A DNA stretch of 64,000 nucleotides. Origin: Paraspadella gotoi (Eukaryota > Animalia > Chaetognatha). This document shows, piece by piece, positions 11,625 to 24,433 of this stretch (positions are counted from its first letter, which is position 1; every line of letters begins with the position of its first letter). The notes beneath the pieces were generated by a model that searched no databases, was not told the DNA's origin, and saw nothing but the letters and a program-made list of their open reading frames with translations. The DNA is taken from NCBI GenBank assembly GCA_051294375.1, contig JBJCIZ010000239.1:5305656-5369655 (forward strand), in the 5' to 3' direction. The position numbers and the translations under genes were made by a program.

Positions 11625-13048
11625 TTTTCTTTTTTTCTTTCTTTTCTTTTTTTTCCTTTCTCTCTCTCTCTCTCTGTTTCATTCTTCCGAATATTCATTC
11701 GGATTTTCCGCTTTGCTTTTTTTAAAAACTTAAAACGTCTTGAATTTTATTTAATTAATATAAATAAGTTAAATATAAATAAATTAAATAATTAATATTA
11801 CTTAATTAGTAATTCTTAACTTAACCAACGTTTAACCTTCCTTCGATACAAATCCTAACCCTGAATAACTTCCCCCAACTTTTTAAATTTTGCCGCCAAA
11901 AAAAATCTCTATCGTTCGCTCAGCTTTGTTGATCGTATATCTTTGCATCTTCATCAACTTGAAATATCAATAATTATTAAGGCTTATCGCTTTTTTACCC
12001 TATTTAAATGTAAAATCGGCGACTTACCTTACTATAGAATTTAAATTTTATTATATACTGTTATTTGTAAAAGTGTAAAGAGTGAAAAAGCGTCCTTCTT
12101 TGATTCCACCACCTCCTAGGCCATGCCATACCATGCCTCCTTTCTCCTAAACCGACCCTAACTTAGACACCTTTCCATGCCAAGTCACCAAGTCAGCCTT
12201 ATTCACACACCGGGCCAGACCAACCCGTCTTGACTTTTCAAGACTCGTATTTCCCAACTTATTTCCCATTGGCTGGCCATGACCTCTTTCCCCACACTGA
12301 GCCTAACTTACCCTCCTCTCATTGCCATTCCATGCCATTTCGTTTTCCTCACCCGACTGGCGATGAATTTCCATGCCATTTTGACTTAACTTACCCGCCT
12401 TGGCGTAAGCGCCCGACTCTTGAGAAGTGAAACTGGCCATGAGTTTCCCCATCACGAATCCGCAGACTACGAGGAGAGGCGAGGCCGCGAGAATCACGAG
12501 GGTGAGTTTCCAGCTGAAGTAGAAAGCGACGCCGATGCCTGAGGGTGAGAAAAGGTGGAGAGAGAGAGGAGAGAGAGAGAGGAGAGAGAAGAGAGAGAGA
12601 GAGAGACGAGAGGAGAGGAGAGAAGAGAGAGAGAGAGAGCGTTTTAGGTATTTTGTGAGTCGTTATTGGAAGAAAATTAAAAAGTTTTTTAGTTGGTAAA
12701 CATATTGATTATTTTTTATGCTTTAATATGTTTATATAAATAGAATAAAACAAAACTACACTTGTAAATTTTAGTACGAATTACCTAATACGAATTGTTG
12801 TTTAATTTGTCGAAAAAATTAGCTGTTTGTGCTTTAAATTATTTACTCATTTTTGTTTTTGTTTTTATTTTTTTATTCTTTTATTTTTCAAAATGTCTTT
12901 TTGCATTCCATAACTTTCACGACTACATTGTAATTTAAAATCAAAACAATATTTTAATGTCCAATTTTCTTTTTTCTCCTTCAATTTCACGCGCGTCGCG
13001 ACACAACAGGTAAGTCGTTACATATTTTATTTTTATTCCTTTAACTGT

Positions 13049-13139
<91 letters not shown>

Positions 13140-13657
13140 ATATTATGTATTCGGTTTTCTTCGCCGTCAAACGAATGTCGCAGTTTCTAACTCCACGCGC
13201 GGCGAATTTCATTGAGTTGGCGTTTCACTCTTCTTTGCCTCTCTATTCCGACCTCTCTCTTCTTTCCTCTCTATCCTCTACTCTCTCTTTCTCTCTCTCA
13301 CTCAATCCTTTCCTCGCGATAGCGTTCTCTTTATAGCCTCCTTTCTATCCATTTATCTCTATCCCCACGTTCTATTCCCTCCTGTCTATCCCATCATCTC
13401 TATCCAATTCCTCTAACTTACCCGCCATCGACTGCATCACCGTCTGCAGCAGCGTGCCCAACTTGTTCCCGATTCCTTCCCTAATCTTGAGGACGTCGTC
13501 CGTCAGGCGCGTGCTCAATTCTCCCGTTGGCGTCTCATCGAACCAGGCGATGTTCTGGCGAAGGATGGAAGCGAGAAACCGGCGCCTGATGGACGCCACC
13601 TGGCGTTCCGCGGCGTGTTGGAAGAAGGCCATCTTTGGGGGTGGGAGAGATGGAGAG

Positions 13658-13692
<35 letters not shown>

Positions 13693-14003
13693 GGAAGAGA
13701 GAGAGAGAGAGAGAGAAAAGAGAAAGATTGAGTGAGTGAAGTGAGTGAGTGAGTGGAAGAGAGAGTTAGAGAGAGAGAGGAGAGAGAGAGAAAGAAATAT
13801 TGAGTGAGTGAGTGAGTGAGTGAGTGAGTGAGTGAGTGAGTGAGTGAGTGAGTGAGTGAGTCAGTTCGTGAACTGGTACCATTAATGGGAGAGAAGAGGA
13901 GAGAGAGAGAGAGATGAGAGAGAGAAGAGAGAAAGAAAGAAATTGAGTAAGTGAGTGAGTGAGTGAAAAGAGAGAAGAGAGAGAGAGAGAAGAGAGAGAG
14001 AGA

Positions 14004-14039
<36 letters not shown>

Positions 14040-16067
14040 AAGAGAGAGACAGAGTGTGAAAACAACAACAACAACAACCTGAAAATACCCCACGAAGAAC
14101 ATGATTCCCGCGAGGACGAGATACTTGTAAGCGTTGTCCGTCATGGCGTCCAAGATGCCTTGCCCCAGCAAGTCCCTGACCTCCTCCTCCAACAAGGTGC
14201 AGTTGACCAAAGTTCCGTTGATGTCCGGAATGAAGGTGCAGTTCTTGAAGACCTTGTCGAGGACTTGCGGTTTGCGAAGTATCTCGTCGATCGTGAGATT
14301 GTATGAAGAAAAGTCAAAATCCTGAAGTAAGAATATAAATATTAAATGATGCGGTTTAATTTTATAAAGTTAATTGGCATTTAGCAACAATCAAGACTCT
14401 CTCACAGTCTCGTTTATTCACTCCTAGACATAGAAGGACCCTGCGGGACCCCCTTAATTTAGACTCTCACACATACTGTTTAATTTACTCCCAGAGTATC
14501 TGGCCAGTGGCCACCCTATCAGTGAAAAGCTGAAAAACTGTTTCAACTTTATAAAAGGATCTCTAACTGCAAAACACTAATTATCATGTTTTGCCCAATT
14601 CCTCAGTATAACTTAAAAAATAAATACAATTAAAATACTTGAGGAAGCTATGGTGATAAGGAACAATCATTATCTTCAACGATCACGGATCCCAACCACC
14701 ATTACAGTCTCAACATCACAGTCTCAACATCACAGTCTCAACATCAATCTAAACATCAATCACTCTTAAGCACCTTCAACACGTTGGCCAACTTCCCGTT
14801 GTCCACGAAATTGTTGAGCATCTGTCCGAATATGAGCACGAAGACAGGGAGCGCCATCCCGACCAAGGCGGACGAGCAGGTGCCCAGAAGCATGAAGACG
14901 ATCTCGGAGCAGGTGGCGAAGCGGTAGAGGGAGAAGAAAGAGACCATAGGAGTCGCCGCCGGTTTGGCGGGCTGTTGCAGAGCGAGAGAGAGAGAGACAG
15001 AGAGAAAGAGAGAGAGAGAGAGTTGGTGAATTAAGGGAGATTTTTGAGGATTGGATTGGATTGGTGGGTTCATCGGGAAGAGTTTGGGTCGAGGAATTTA
15101 TGATGTGTCCAAACTCCAAAGTCAGGAGACCAGAGATCCCGTGAGCCAGAACTGATGTCACTAATGGATTCTCTATTGAATGATTGCATAATTTTATATT
15201 TAGTTGTACCAAATTACCAATATTTCACAATAGATTTGGAAAATTTTATGGAGGAATATAGCTTCAAGTTTGTTTTGGTTTTAAAATATTTTAATTTTAA
15301 TGTTTAAAATATTGTTTCAACCAATATCTGTTCATTCAATCAACCAACCAGAACAAATATAAAAATTATCCTTTCATTTATTAAATAAGCTATTTTGTCA
15401 CTGACTTTGGAAGGGCTGTGATGTGCTCGGGACTTCCTTCCTCTCACAAGACAGCTTTCAATCAAGACTCTCTCACAGTCTCGTTCATTCACTCCCAGAG
15501 TACAAGAGTACCCGGCTTCCCTATCCATGAAGTGGCATAATATTTCAAAGAATCTTTCAATTGTTTGAAAAGCCCACTCTCTTAAAATCCATAAAATATA
15601 AATAAAACATTGATAAAATACTTCAAATACCAATTAATATACTTACATCCTCCTTTCCCTCCTCTTCCTCCTCCCCTTCCCCCACCCTCTCCTCCTCCTC
15701 TTCCAATCCAACGACCAACGCTTCGGCGCCAACGACACTCGCATCTCCGTTCCTCCTATTCTCTTCCTCGTTTTCTTTTGTTTTCTCTCCGTTTCGTTTC
15801 CTTTCTTCTTTGTTTTGTCCATCTACGACCCTAACGTCTTCGTCGTTGGTTCGGTCATCGTCTCGTTCGAATTCGTCCTTCGCTTTTAAAACATTTTCCT
15901 CCGATTTACGGCGAATTTCGTCGTTGGACGCGACGTTTTCGCTGTTGACATTGCCGTGTTCGCCTTTCGCAGGGCCCGGTTCGCCTTTGACGTCGCCGAG
16001 TTCGCCGTCGTCTCTCCTGTGTTCGCCGTTGACATTGTCGACGATTTCCGGCGAATCGTCCTTGACT

Positions 16068-16105
<38 letters not shown>

Positions 16106-16675
16106 CTCGTCGTCGTCGTCGTCCTCGTCGTCGTCGTCGTCGTCGTCGTCGTTCTTCCTCCTCTCTTCCTCATCTTCCTCTTCCATCATCTCATGAACTT
16201 TGTTGGTGAATCCTTCCGCCAACGACGCCGCGTTCGAGACCAGCGCGCTTCCGGCTTCCGGTTCCTCGACCGGCGTCACTCGAGCGGCGCTCATGGCGCC
16301 GGAAGATGGAAATAGTCCGAGGGCGTCCTCGCGAGTCTTGGGGGCGGGAGGAGCGGATGGAGTGAGTAGAAAAGCCGATGTAGCAAGAGGAGTTGTAGAA
16401 GCGAGAGGAGTAGCGGTAGGAGCGAGACGAGAAGCGATAGGAGCGAATCGAGAAGCGGTAGGAGCGGAAGGAGCAGCGAAATAAAGCGAAGGGGACGAAG
16501 AAAAATATCGTTTCTTCTTAATTCCAGGTAAAAAAGTCACGTGACCGAACGAAGTGGTAGCGAGATCCTCTTTCTTTTTGTCTTCCTCTTCCTCTTCTTC
16601 CTCCTCCTCCTCCTCTTCCTCATCCTCCCCAAACTCGTCCAGTTTTAAGGCACGATAGGAGGATAGCGTGACCAT
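2245..16675 (-). CDS. ABCB1: ABCB1/MDR1 (P-glycoprotein)-like ABC transporter, 5' part (12 exons; TMD1 + NBD1), continues beyond the left edge
   Basis: Spliced translation contains SLYRFA, AAERQ..IR..F..ILRQ.IAWFD...[53 protein letters not shown], Walker [10 protein letters not shown]-loop GQEPVLF, signature [15 protein letters not shown], and Walker B/D-loop [12 protein letters not shown]. Intron phases are consistent except across exon 6. Exact orthology within subfamily B is not established. Confidence 0.93.
2571..2661 (-). CDS. ABCB1: ABCB1-like exon 11 (ABC signature)
   Basis: TTGCAG|(R)[30 protein letters not shown]|GTATGG; phase 2 to 0. Confidence 0.95.
2659..2725 (-). repeat. 7-bp tandem repeat (ATTGCAG/CTTGCAG) forming stacked CAG acceptors upstream of exon 11
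   Basis: Minus-strand CAGs at plus-strand CTG positions 2662, 2678, 2685, 2692, 2699, 2706, 2713, 2720, 2723. Confidence 0.9.
2887..3045 (-). CDS. ABCB1: ABCB1-like exon 10 (Q-loop)
   Basis: CCCCCCCAAAAG|(D)[54 protein letters not shown]|GTTCGG; phase 2 to 2. Confidence 0.95.
3254..3387 (-). mobile_element. tRNA-derived SINE-like element in ABCB1 intron 9
   Basis: Minus strand GCCGGTGGTGCAGGTGG (A-box) ...GGGGTTCTAGCCCC (B-box-like), a non-tRNA body (TAGCAGTTAAGAGGGACGGGCCGCTTAACCCGGGTAC) and a (CATA)n-like tail. It does not fold into a full cloverleaf and only one copy was seen. Confidence 0.55.
3564..3813 (-). CDS. ABCB1: ABCB1-like exon 9 (NBD1: A-loop, Walker A)
   Basis: AACCCCAG|(A)[84 protein letters not shown]|GTGAGT; Walker A at 3647-3670; phase 1 to 2. 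Not in the ORF track. Confidence 0.95.
4474..4566 (-). CDS. ABCB1: ABCB1-like exon 8 (TM6-NBD1 linker)
   Basis: TTTTTTTTTCAG|(G)[31 protein letters not shown]|GTGAGG; 93 nt, phase 1 to 1. Confidence 0.93.
7418..7564 (-). CDS. ABCB1: ABCB1-like exon 7 (TM5-TM6), compensating indels as assembled
   Basis: GACCACAG|...[18 protein letters not shown] in one frame and [11 protein letters not shown]...FGSA in shifted frames; donor GTAGGG; 147 nt. Confidence 0.85.
9502..9655 (-). CDS. ABCB1: ABCB1-like exon 6 (intracellular loop 2), frameshifted as assembled
   Basis: TTTTTTCAATCAG|; pieces in shifting frames give GAV.AEQAIS.I / RTVAA..SQDKEAR / [10 protein letters not shown], the conserved AVAEE....IRTV.AFGG+.KE..RY motif. 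154 nt gives a net +1 frame error; 3' boundary approximate. Confidence 0.8.
10074..10406 (+). mobile_element. HINE/DINE-1-like copy (diverged or noisy)
   Basis: Same 5' TTTTAGTT.G...ACTCT.AAGT.ACTTTT, GTCG repeats, GTTGCTCATTTGTT core and 3' TGCGGCGCAACAC...AATAACCGTTTCCTTGTTTT as 1990-2227. Confidence 0.7.
12395..12538 (-). CDS. ABCB1: ABCB1-like exon 5 (TM3-TM4)
   Basis: CCCTCAG|(G)[48 protein letters not shown]|GTAAGT; 144 nt, phase 1 to 1. Confidence 0.95.
13422..13632 (-). CDS. ABCB1: ABCB1-like exon 4 (intracellular loop 1)
   Basis: CCCCAAAG|[71 protein letters not shown]|GTAAGT; phase 0 to 1. Confidence 0.95.
14079..14321 (-). CDS. ABCB1: ABCB1-like exon 3 (extracellular loop 1 + TM2 start)
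   Basis: TTACTTCAG|[81 protein letters not shown]|GTTGTT; 243 nt, phase 0 to 0. Confidence 0.88.
14774..14971 (-). CDS. ABCB1: ABCB1-like exon 2 (elbow helix + TM1)
   Basis: (CT)n...CAACAG|[66 protein letters not shown]|GTGCTT; phase 0 to 0. Confidence 0.88.
15345..15505 (+). repeat. Dispersed repeat family (TTCATTT.TAAATAAGCTAT.TTG...TTTGGA..GCT...TTTCAATCAAGACTCTCTCACAGTCT)
   Basis: Related segments at about 6825-6915 (-), 11335-11420 (+), 14388-14500 (+, partial), 28341-28463 (-) and 28852-29005 (+). Confidence 0.65.
15647..16675 (-). CDS. ABCB1: ABCB1-like exon 1 (putative): 343 codons, acidic low-complexity N-terminal extension
   Basis: Open from ATG 16675 to ...GAG GAT|GTAAGT (phase 0, 1029 nt), matching the phase-0 acceptor of exon 2; GC-rich codon usage like the other exons. 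The true start codon is uncertain. Confidence 0.65.
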
Positions 16676-16877
16676 TTTTTGAAAATCGGGAGAGATAGAG
16701 ACAGAGACGATTTCGGTGTGGATGGGTTGTTTTTTTTTAATTGGTAGAACTTTTCTCTCTCTATTTCCGTCTCTCTCTCTCTATCTTCGAATGTGTTGTG
16801 GAAGATTGTCTCTTTTTCCTGTCTCTTTTTGAATTATATCTTTTCATTTCCTTTGAATGGAAAGGAGTCTTACATGG

Positions 16878-16913
<36 letters not shown>

Positions 16914-16930
16914 CTCTCTCTTCTCTCTCT

Positions 16931-17012
<82 letters not shown>

Positions 17013-17087
17013 ATTCAGCAGTCAACCAAAGTTCTGTCATGAGCGAACTTTCCCTAAGCGCGGGTGTGGTTATTGTGAGATCGAGTG

Positions 17088-17168
<81 letters not shown>

Positions 17169-18198
17169 AATCTGTATTCCACCTCCCACTCCTGTTCGTC
17201 TCAAAGGTCGTCGTGATATTCGCTCAGCAGAAAAAGTTTTTTTTCTTTCTTTTCTTTTATTTTTGTTCTTCTTTTTTTTTGTTCGAGCAACAAATTTGAG
17301 TCATTCGGTTAGAAAGATAAATAATCAGTGTTCGTTGGTTTCATTGTTTAACGTTTATCTACCATTGTTTTTAAAATATTGGTCTTCTAATATACATTAA
17401 CCGCAGATTCTCATTTATTTGCCCCCTTTTGGTTTAAGATAATTTTCACAATGATTTGACAGTGGTTTTTTTTTTTCTTAGCGTTTGCCTTTTGTTTTTT
17501 TCTATTTGAAAATTGAGCGACTTCTAACGATTAAAATGAAAATCTGATAAAAAAAAACAAAAAAAAAAATTTTAGTCTCGAACGATTTCGAGTTTTTGGT
17601 TTCCCGCATTGGATTCGCCCTCATTTTTGAATTTGATCTCAGGTCGTTAAAAAAAGAAAAAAAAAGGAAAAGATTGAATGTATATTGTTTATATTGTTTG
17701 TTTTAAACGATTGAGATGTTAGATGTAAAGTATACTACAATAGAATTTATAAAGTAAAAAGAATTTACGTTAAGAAATGGGCGTGAAAATGATTTCAAAG
17801 AAGTCTAAGTAGAAAGAATATTTTCATTGAGACTACAAAAAGATTTAAAAGTAACTAGATATAGTTTATCAAACGGGGATATATTTACTTTTTAGTAACA
17901 CATTAACAATGATCAGTAATAGCTAAATTTTATATTTTTTTCTTTCAAACCACAAAAACAAAACATAAAATGACGAGACAGAGAGAATTAAAAACGCGGG
18001 CTTTTTTGAATTTTTAGTATGAAATAGAAACAGAAGTCGACAGGTCCTGCGTTCGAAACCTGTCAAACCAGTTTTCGTTTTTTTTTCCTTTTTGTTTTGA
18101 TGACCGAAATTAATGTTAGATTCGAGTCTCGTTTTTCGCGGGAATTTTTCGAAATTCTCAAAGAGGATTTAAAAAGAGAGAGAGAGAGGAGAGAGAGG

Positions 18199-18229
<31 letters not shown>

Positions 18230-18407
18230 GAGAGAGAGGAGAGGGGGAGAGAGAAGAGAGAGAGAAAGAGAGAGAGAGAGAGACAACATAACTCACAACA
18301 GTAAACACAGCAGTGAAATTTCCCAAATCCCAAGTTTTGGCGGCAAAATCGTTTGCCCATGATTTTATTTCCTCACATGAGTTTTGGAACAGGCAGCCTC
18401 GAGAAGA

Positions 18408-18495
<88 letters not shown>

Positions 18496-20390
18496 CTTTC
18501 TCTCTCTTTCTCGTTGCACCTACCTTTTCCCTTTCGATGGTTGAGCAAATCGTATCATTTGGGTCATTTCATCCTTCCTTGGTAGCCTAGCCGATGAAAT
18601 TTAAATGCTAATGTATACAGCGTAAAATAATCTATCATGACCATAGATTATGGTATTAAAATATTTTTTGTCAAAATGCTTTCTTCTGAGGGTACTCGCC
18701 TAATTAAAAAATAATATTACTATATTGAGCAAAAATATATTTTTTTAAAATCTTAAAATTTTTTGATGGATTTCTGATTAGAGCATAAAAAGTTAAACAA
18801 GAAATATAATTACAGCTTTTAAAAATTCTTACGTTTTCTAAGTAAAATATAAAAAAACTGATAAAATATCTGAAAGATGATGATGATGATGATTTTTTCT
18901 ATTTTTTCTTATTTTTTAACACCACTTATCGTAAAAATATTTAAAAAAGAATCATTACTTTGTTGTTGACAACTTTTTATGAGCTATCTGAATCTGGTTC
19001 TTAAAATTGGAAAAAATTCAAAAAAAATTTTTTGGCCTTTCCTATCTAGAAATAAATATTAAAAAATTAATTACTAGGGTATAGAGCCATATTAGAAATT
19101 TTTGGTCCATTTGAAAGTATCTTAAAAATGTCTAAATATTCGTTTGAGCATGTACTCACTCAAATTTTTGACTCACCCCATTGAGTGCGGCTACCCCTAT
19201 CCTTGGCAGTTCGTTCTTTCATTTGTTTCGTCGTTTCGTTCATTTGTTCGTTTACTTCGTTCGTTCGTTTGTTCGTTTTGTTAATTCGTTAATTAGTTCG
19301 TTCATCTTTACGTTCGTGCCTACAGTTCCTTAGTTCCTTCATTTGTCTTTTGTTCCATTAGTTCGTTTCGCGTCTAAATTCAAACCGTTTACACGAAAAA
19401 CTACCCAGCGTTTTCAAACACACCATAAACCCATAATCCTAACTCGCCATAAGCATTATATAACCAAATGATTGATCGACGAAAACTTGTCCGATCCGCC
19501 TAAACTCCATGTCCTCCGGGCCGTCCGTCCGTTCCGTCTAAAAAAAAAAAAAAAAGCGTCAAGAAATTAACCAATAAACGAAGCTAATAACTTTTCTTTG
19601 GGGCACGTTTAAGGATACAGAGAGCGCGAGAGATTAAAAAGGGTGGGGGGGCAAGGGGGGAGGAGGAGAGGCGCGAGGGAGAGGGGAGAGAAGGGGAGAG
19701 AGGGAGGGATAGAGAGGGGGGAGAGGGGGGGAAATATAATTGTATATCGAAAGAAAAATAAAGGCAGTCGAGGTTTTCGCGCCGCTGTGATGTTCTTAAG
19801 ATATATATGCGCTTTTTTTTTTGTAAAACGTTAGCGCATTATAAAATATACGTTATCTGATTTATCACTTTACTGCCCAGTTTTATTCGAAATAATTTTT
19901 TTTTAATATAAAATGTGATATAGATAATAATGAAACTATAATATAATTATAATACAAAAAAAGAATCATTAAGGTCATAGACATTAGACAAGCCTTAAAG
20001 TAACACTACTGATGTAGTATTATTTCAAGTTATGAGTATTTCGAATTTATAAAAAGATAGACGAATATAATACACAGATTGGCTGAATGGCCGACTGACC
20101 GACCAAAAAAAGTGACTCGAATACTCGCGGCGCAACTAAAAAAAAAAATTGACCGGTTGGGCAGGAATAAATAAATCTACTTAATCTTTCGTAACTTCAA
20201 TACCTTTCAAATCATAAAACTTCGCATATTATTGAAGAGCTGTGTTTGCTCTCTAACGCTACAGGGTGTTACTTTTCGAAAATCTTCTCAAATTAAACAA
20301 TGAAAAGTGCAAATTGCCAATTACATCGAACCGGATGACGGATCGAATTTTGACAGGAATAATAAAAAAATGATTAAAAGTCTCTCTCTC

Positions 20391-20515
<125 letters not shown>

Positions 20516-21011
20516 AAACGTCTCGAGGATGCAGACTTCAGAGGTTAATTGGATGTCAGAAAAAAAAATTATTTAAACAGCGCGAAACAGAGTACAGAGT
20601 AAATCGAGATTTGAAAGCGTCATGCGTTATACCGGGTGTTAAAACAATTTTGAATGAATTCCCAGCACGAGATTTTTATTTTTCAGATGAAAGAAGAGAG
20701 AGAGAAATGAAAATAAAGGGTTTTACTTTAATCGACCACCGGGTCTTTATTTCTTTTCTTTTCAGGTTTTTTTTTTTTGTTACTTTTTGGTCGGTCTGTC
20801 AGATAGTCAATCGATATAATGTTTCTTATGTTTCAACTGCTAATACTGAATTGTTTTTGATAATAATTGGCAGAAAAGTGGTGTACCATGAGAGGCTTAA
20901 TTTGTATGTTTTATAATTTAGCAGTTATATATCAAAACGGGTCGATATAGAAATCCACGCGGCTCTACCCCTTATACTTGCCAGTTCTTATTTTTGACTT
21001 GTAATTTTTGG

Positions 21012-21048
<37 letters not shown>

Positions 21049-21480
21049 NNNNNNNNNNNNNNNNNNNNNNNNNNNNNNNNNNNNNNNNNNNNNNNNNNNN
21101 NNNNNNNNNNNNNNNNNNNNNNNNNNNNNNNNNNNNNNNNNNGAGAGAGAGAGAGAGAGAGAGAGTAATTTCCGTTTCAAGTAAAACGGGCGGGGAATGT
21201 TGGGGAGGAGAGAGAGAGGAAGGGAATAAAGATGGAAGAAGGGGAGGAGAGAAGGAGGAAGGGAGGAAAGTACAGGAGAAGAGAAGGAGGAAAGGAGTAG
21301 TAAGAGAGTAAGATAAATAGTAAAAGAGAAAAAGTAAGAGAAATAGTAAATGAGAAGGATGATATTAGTAAGAGAGATAAAGATGAGAATGTATGTAGAA
21401 AGCTTAGAGAAGGAAGAGGGACGGGAAAAAAAAATAAAGAAGAAGGCTGTAGAATGGAGGCGGAGAAGGAGGATAATAAA

Positions 21481-21727
21481 GGAAAGGAAATAAAAGAGAG
21501 GAAGAGGAGAATTAAGAAAAGGAGGAGAAAGGAAAGAAAATAAAAGAGAGGAAGAGGAGAATTAAGAAAGGGAGGAGAAAGGAAAGAAAATAAAAGAGAT
21601 AAAGAGGAGAATTAAGGAAGGGAGGAGAAAGGAAAGAAAATAAAAGAGATAAAGAGGAGAATTAAGGAAGGGAGGAGAAAGGAAAGGAAATAAAAGAAAG
21701 GAAGAGGAGAATTAAGGAAGGGAGGAG
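21481..21727 (+). repeat. 50-bp purine-rich minisatellite, about 5 copies
   Basis: ATTAAG recurs at 21511, 21561, 21611, 21661 and 21711 within GAGGAGAATTAAGGAAGGGAGGAGAAAGGAAAGAAAATAAAAGAGA..AA. Confidence 0.9.
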
Positions 21728-22740
21728 TTTACCGTGGAGGATTTATTGCTACACTTTCCCAGATTAACAGTCGGTGGACCGGAAAATAAAGTCGATTCTC
21801 TCTCTNNNNNNNNNNNNNNNNNNNNNNNNNNNNNNNNNNNNNNNNNNNNNNNNNNNNNNNNNNNNNNNNNNNNNNNNNNNNNNNNNNNNNNNNNNNNNNN
21901 NNNNNNNNNNNNNNNNNNNNNNNNNNNNNNNNNNNNNNNNNNNNNNNNNNNNNNNNNNNNNAAGCACAACGTTTCTATTTCTCGTTTTAACTTGATTTAA
22001 AATTTAAAACTGCGACCGTCAGACGTCGCTTTTCTTTCTAGGTCGGTCGTCAGGAAAAACTGTGTACTACCCGGCCTTTGTACTTATTACTGTAGTTTGA
22101 AAGTAGTACAAAAAAAAAGTATTGAACCCAAAAATTCTAAAACCGAAACAAATTCGAAAGAAAAGAAAAAACAATAAAATGGCGAATAAAAAGAAACGTT
22201 TTTCACTCGACGAGTTTTATTTTGTTATTTTATTTTTAGCCAGAGTGAGAAGAAAAAGGCGAAATGCGTGGGCGGGCGGGCTGGGGGGGGCAGGGGGCTG
22301 GCGGGTTGGAGAGAGAGAATGGGAGATGATGGAATGAGCGGAAGGGGAAGGGAAAAGGGAATAGGGAGAGAAAGTGGGGAGAAGAAGAAATANNNNNNNN
22401 NNTGCGAAAGAAGATGAAGGCAAAGAGTAACGGAGTCTTTTCTCCTCGTCGTTGTAGACCGTTGTTGTCGTCGTTGTTGTTGTCGTCGTCGTTTTTCTCG
22501 TTCCTTAGCTCAACCTTCATTGTTACTTTTCTTTTTCCTTTTTTAGAATATTCTTTTTTTTTTTCTCTGAAAGTTTTTTTTTTGAAAATGAAAAATCAAA
22601 GACAAAGTTGACGCAGGAACGAGTTCCGCTGCATAAACGGATGTCGTTGTCGTCTTTGTCGTCGTCGTCGTCGTTTTCATCATCGTCGTCGTCGTTTTCG
22701 TCTTTGTCGTCTTTGTGGTCGTCGTCTTCATCGTAACCTT

Positions 22741-22787
<47 letters not shown>

Positions 22788-23214
22788 ATTAGATTTGACG
22801 AAGTCTATGTCGTTGCGAACGTGGAGGGCGAAAGATCAGTCGACCTTTTTCTTCATGATGTCATGATAGTTTTTCTCCTCACCCCCCAATCCGCCCCCCA
22901 CCTTCCCTCACCGGACATATTCTTTCTCTTTTCCCTTCATCTCCTCATTTTTTTCCCCTTTTCATTTTCCCTTTAAACTTTATTTGTTTTCCACTAATCT
23001 CTACTCGCTCCCCATTTTTTTTTCCATCGAGCTTATGATTTTCCATTCGCCGAGTTTTTTTCCTTTCTTTTCTTTTTTTTATTTCTTCGTATCTTAGACC
23101 TCATTGACTGTCTCTACTCTTATTCATCATTNNNNNNNNNNNNNNNNNNNNNNNNNCATTACTCCTTTACTCTCTCTCTCTCTCCCTCTCTCCTTCCTCT
23201 TCTCTCTCTCTCTC

Positions 23215-23263
<49 letters not shown>

Positions 23264-24433
23264 TTTCAATACTCCTCCCTCCCCCTTCCTCTTCCTTCCA
23301 CCCTTCATATCCCCTCTCCCCCTCCCTTTCTCCTCCCGCTGTCTCTCGCCCTTCCCCTTTTAACCCTCCCCCGAGAGAGACGATTAGACCGCGATTAACC
23401 CCTCCTCACCCTCCCCCCCCTATCCCCTCTCCCTCCCCCCCCTCCATTAGACCACGCCGGCTATTCCCTTTTCCCCTCCCCTCTCTCTTTCTTCTCCCTG
23501 CCATCATTGCCTCTGAATTAGCTCGGTCGAGGGACCTCGGTCATCTTCACTCAGCAGAGAATTCGAGAAAACGGACTCTCTCTCTATTATCATTACCTAT
23601 ACATGATAGCGTATTGCAGTTATCCTTATTACGAATCTAAACAAATAATTTGAAAAATAAATCTAATATAGAGAACAAGAACGAAAGAGTGAGAAAAAGG
23701 AAATAAGTAAAAAGTGACAAAGAAGAGTATTGATAATGTGAGAATTAATATGTAAATGAAGACATTCAAATAGAAGAAGAAATGTTCTCAAGAGAGACGA
23801 GAGGAGCAGAGGAGAAAAATATCTAGGGTTCTAAAATAGGTCGGCCGCTTGACCGTGGCCCCCTCTAAGCACCGAAAACCAAAAATTTCGCCATTCCCAC
23901 CCTCGACGTTCAATTTTTTTGTCCGTCAGCCCAGCGACCGTCCCGGGCCAAAAGAGAAAAACAAAAGAAAATAATTTGTCGACGAACCTCCCAAAAAACG
24001 TTTTCGCCGTCCCACTGTGTATTTTTCGATAAATCGGCGCGCGGATATGAAGAAAAGAAAAAGTAATTAAAAACGGATAAATTTGACCCCAGAAAAGGAA
24101 AAAAAAAGGGGAAAAAAAAAACCGGGAATATATCGGGACAGAAAATTCGGTTTTTGGGTGGAAAAAGGATCGCCTTGGCCTGAGTAGCGTCGGATTTTTG
24201 ATTGGCAAATGGAGGGAAATACGGTCTGGAGTAGCCCAGGGCTTTTTCACCTCTCGGGCGCGGTCCGCCCTCTTTCTCGGCCAATTCAACGTCACGAAAA
24301 ACCAGATTCCGGTCTACGATTTTAGGGGCGAACAGCGATGCCTCTTTTGGTTCGGAAGGAGGAGGCCGGGAGGGAGGAACCAATATGATTATTTTCCAGT
24401 TTGATGCGTTCCGGAGAGAAAATCGATATATTA

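Noticed and set aside
18047-18067. Isolated GTTCGAAAC B-box-like hairpin
   Set aside because: No A-box or cloverleaf; too short to call.
18688-19198. Possible MITE with GGGTA..CGC termini
   Set aside because: The terminal match is short and imperfect, and no TSD or second copy was seen.
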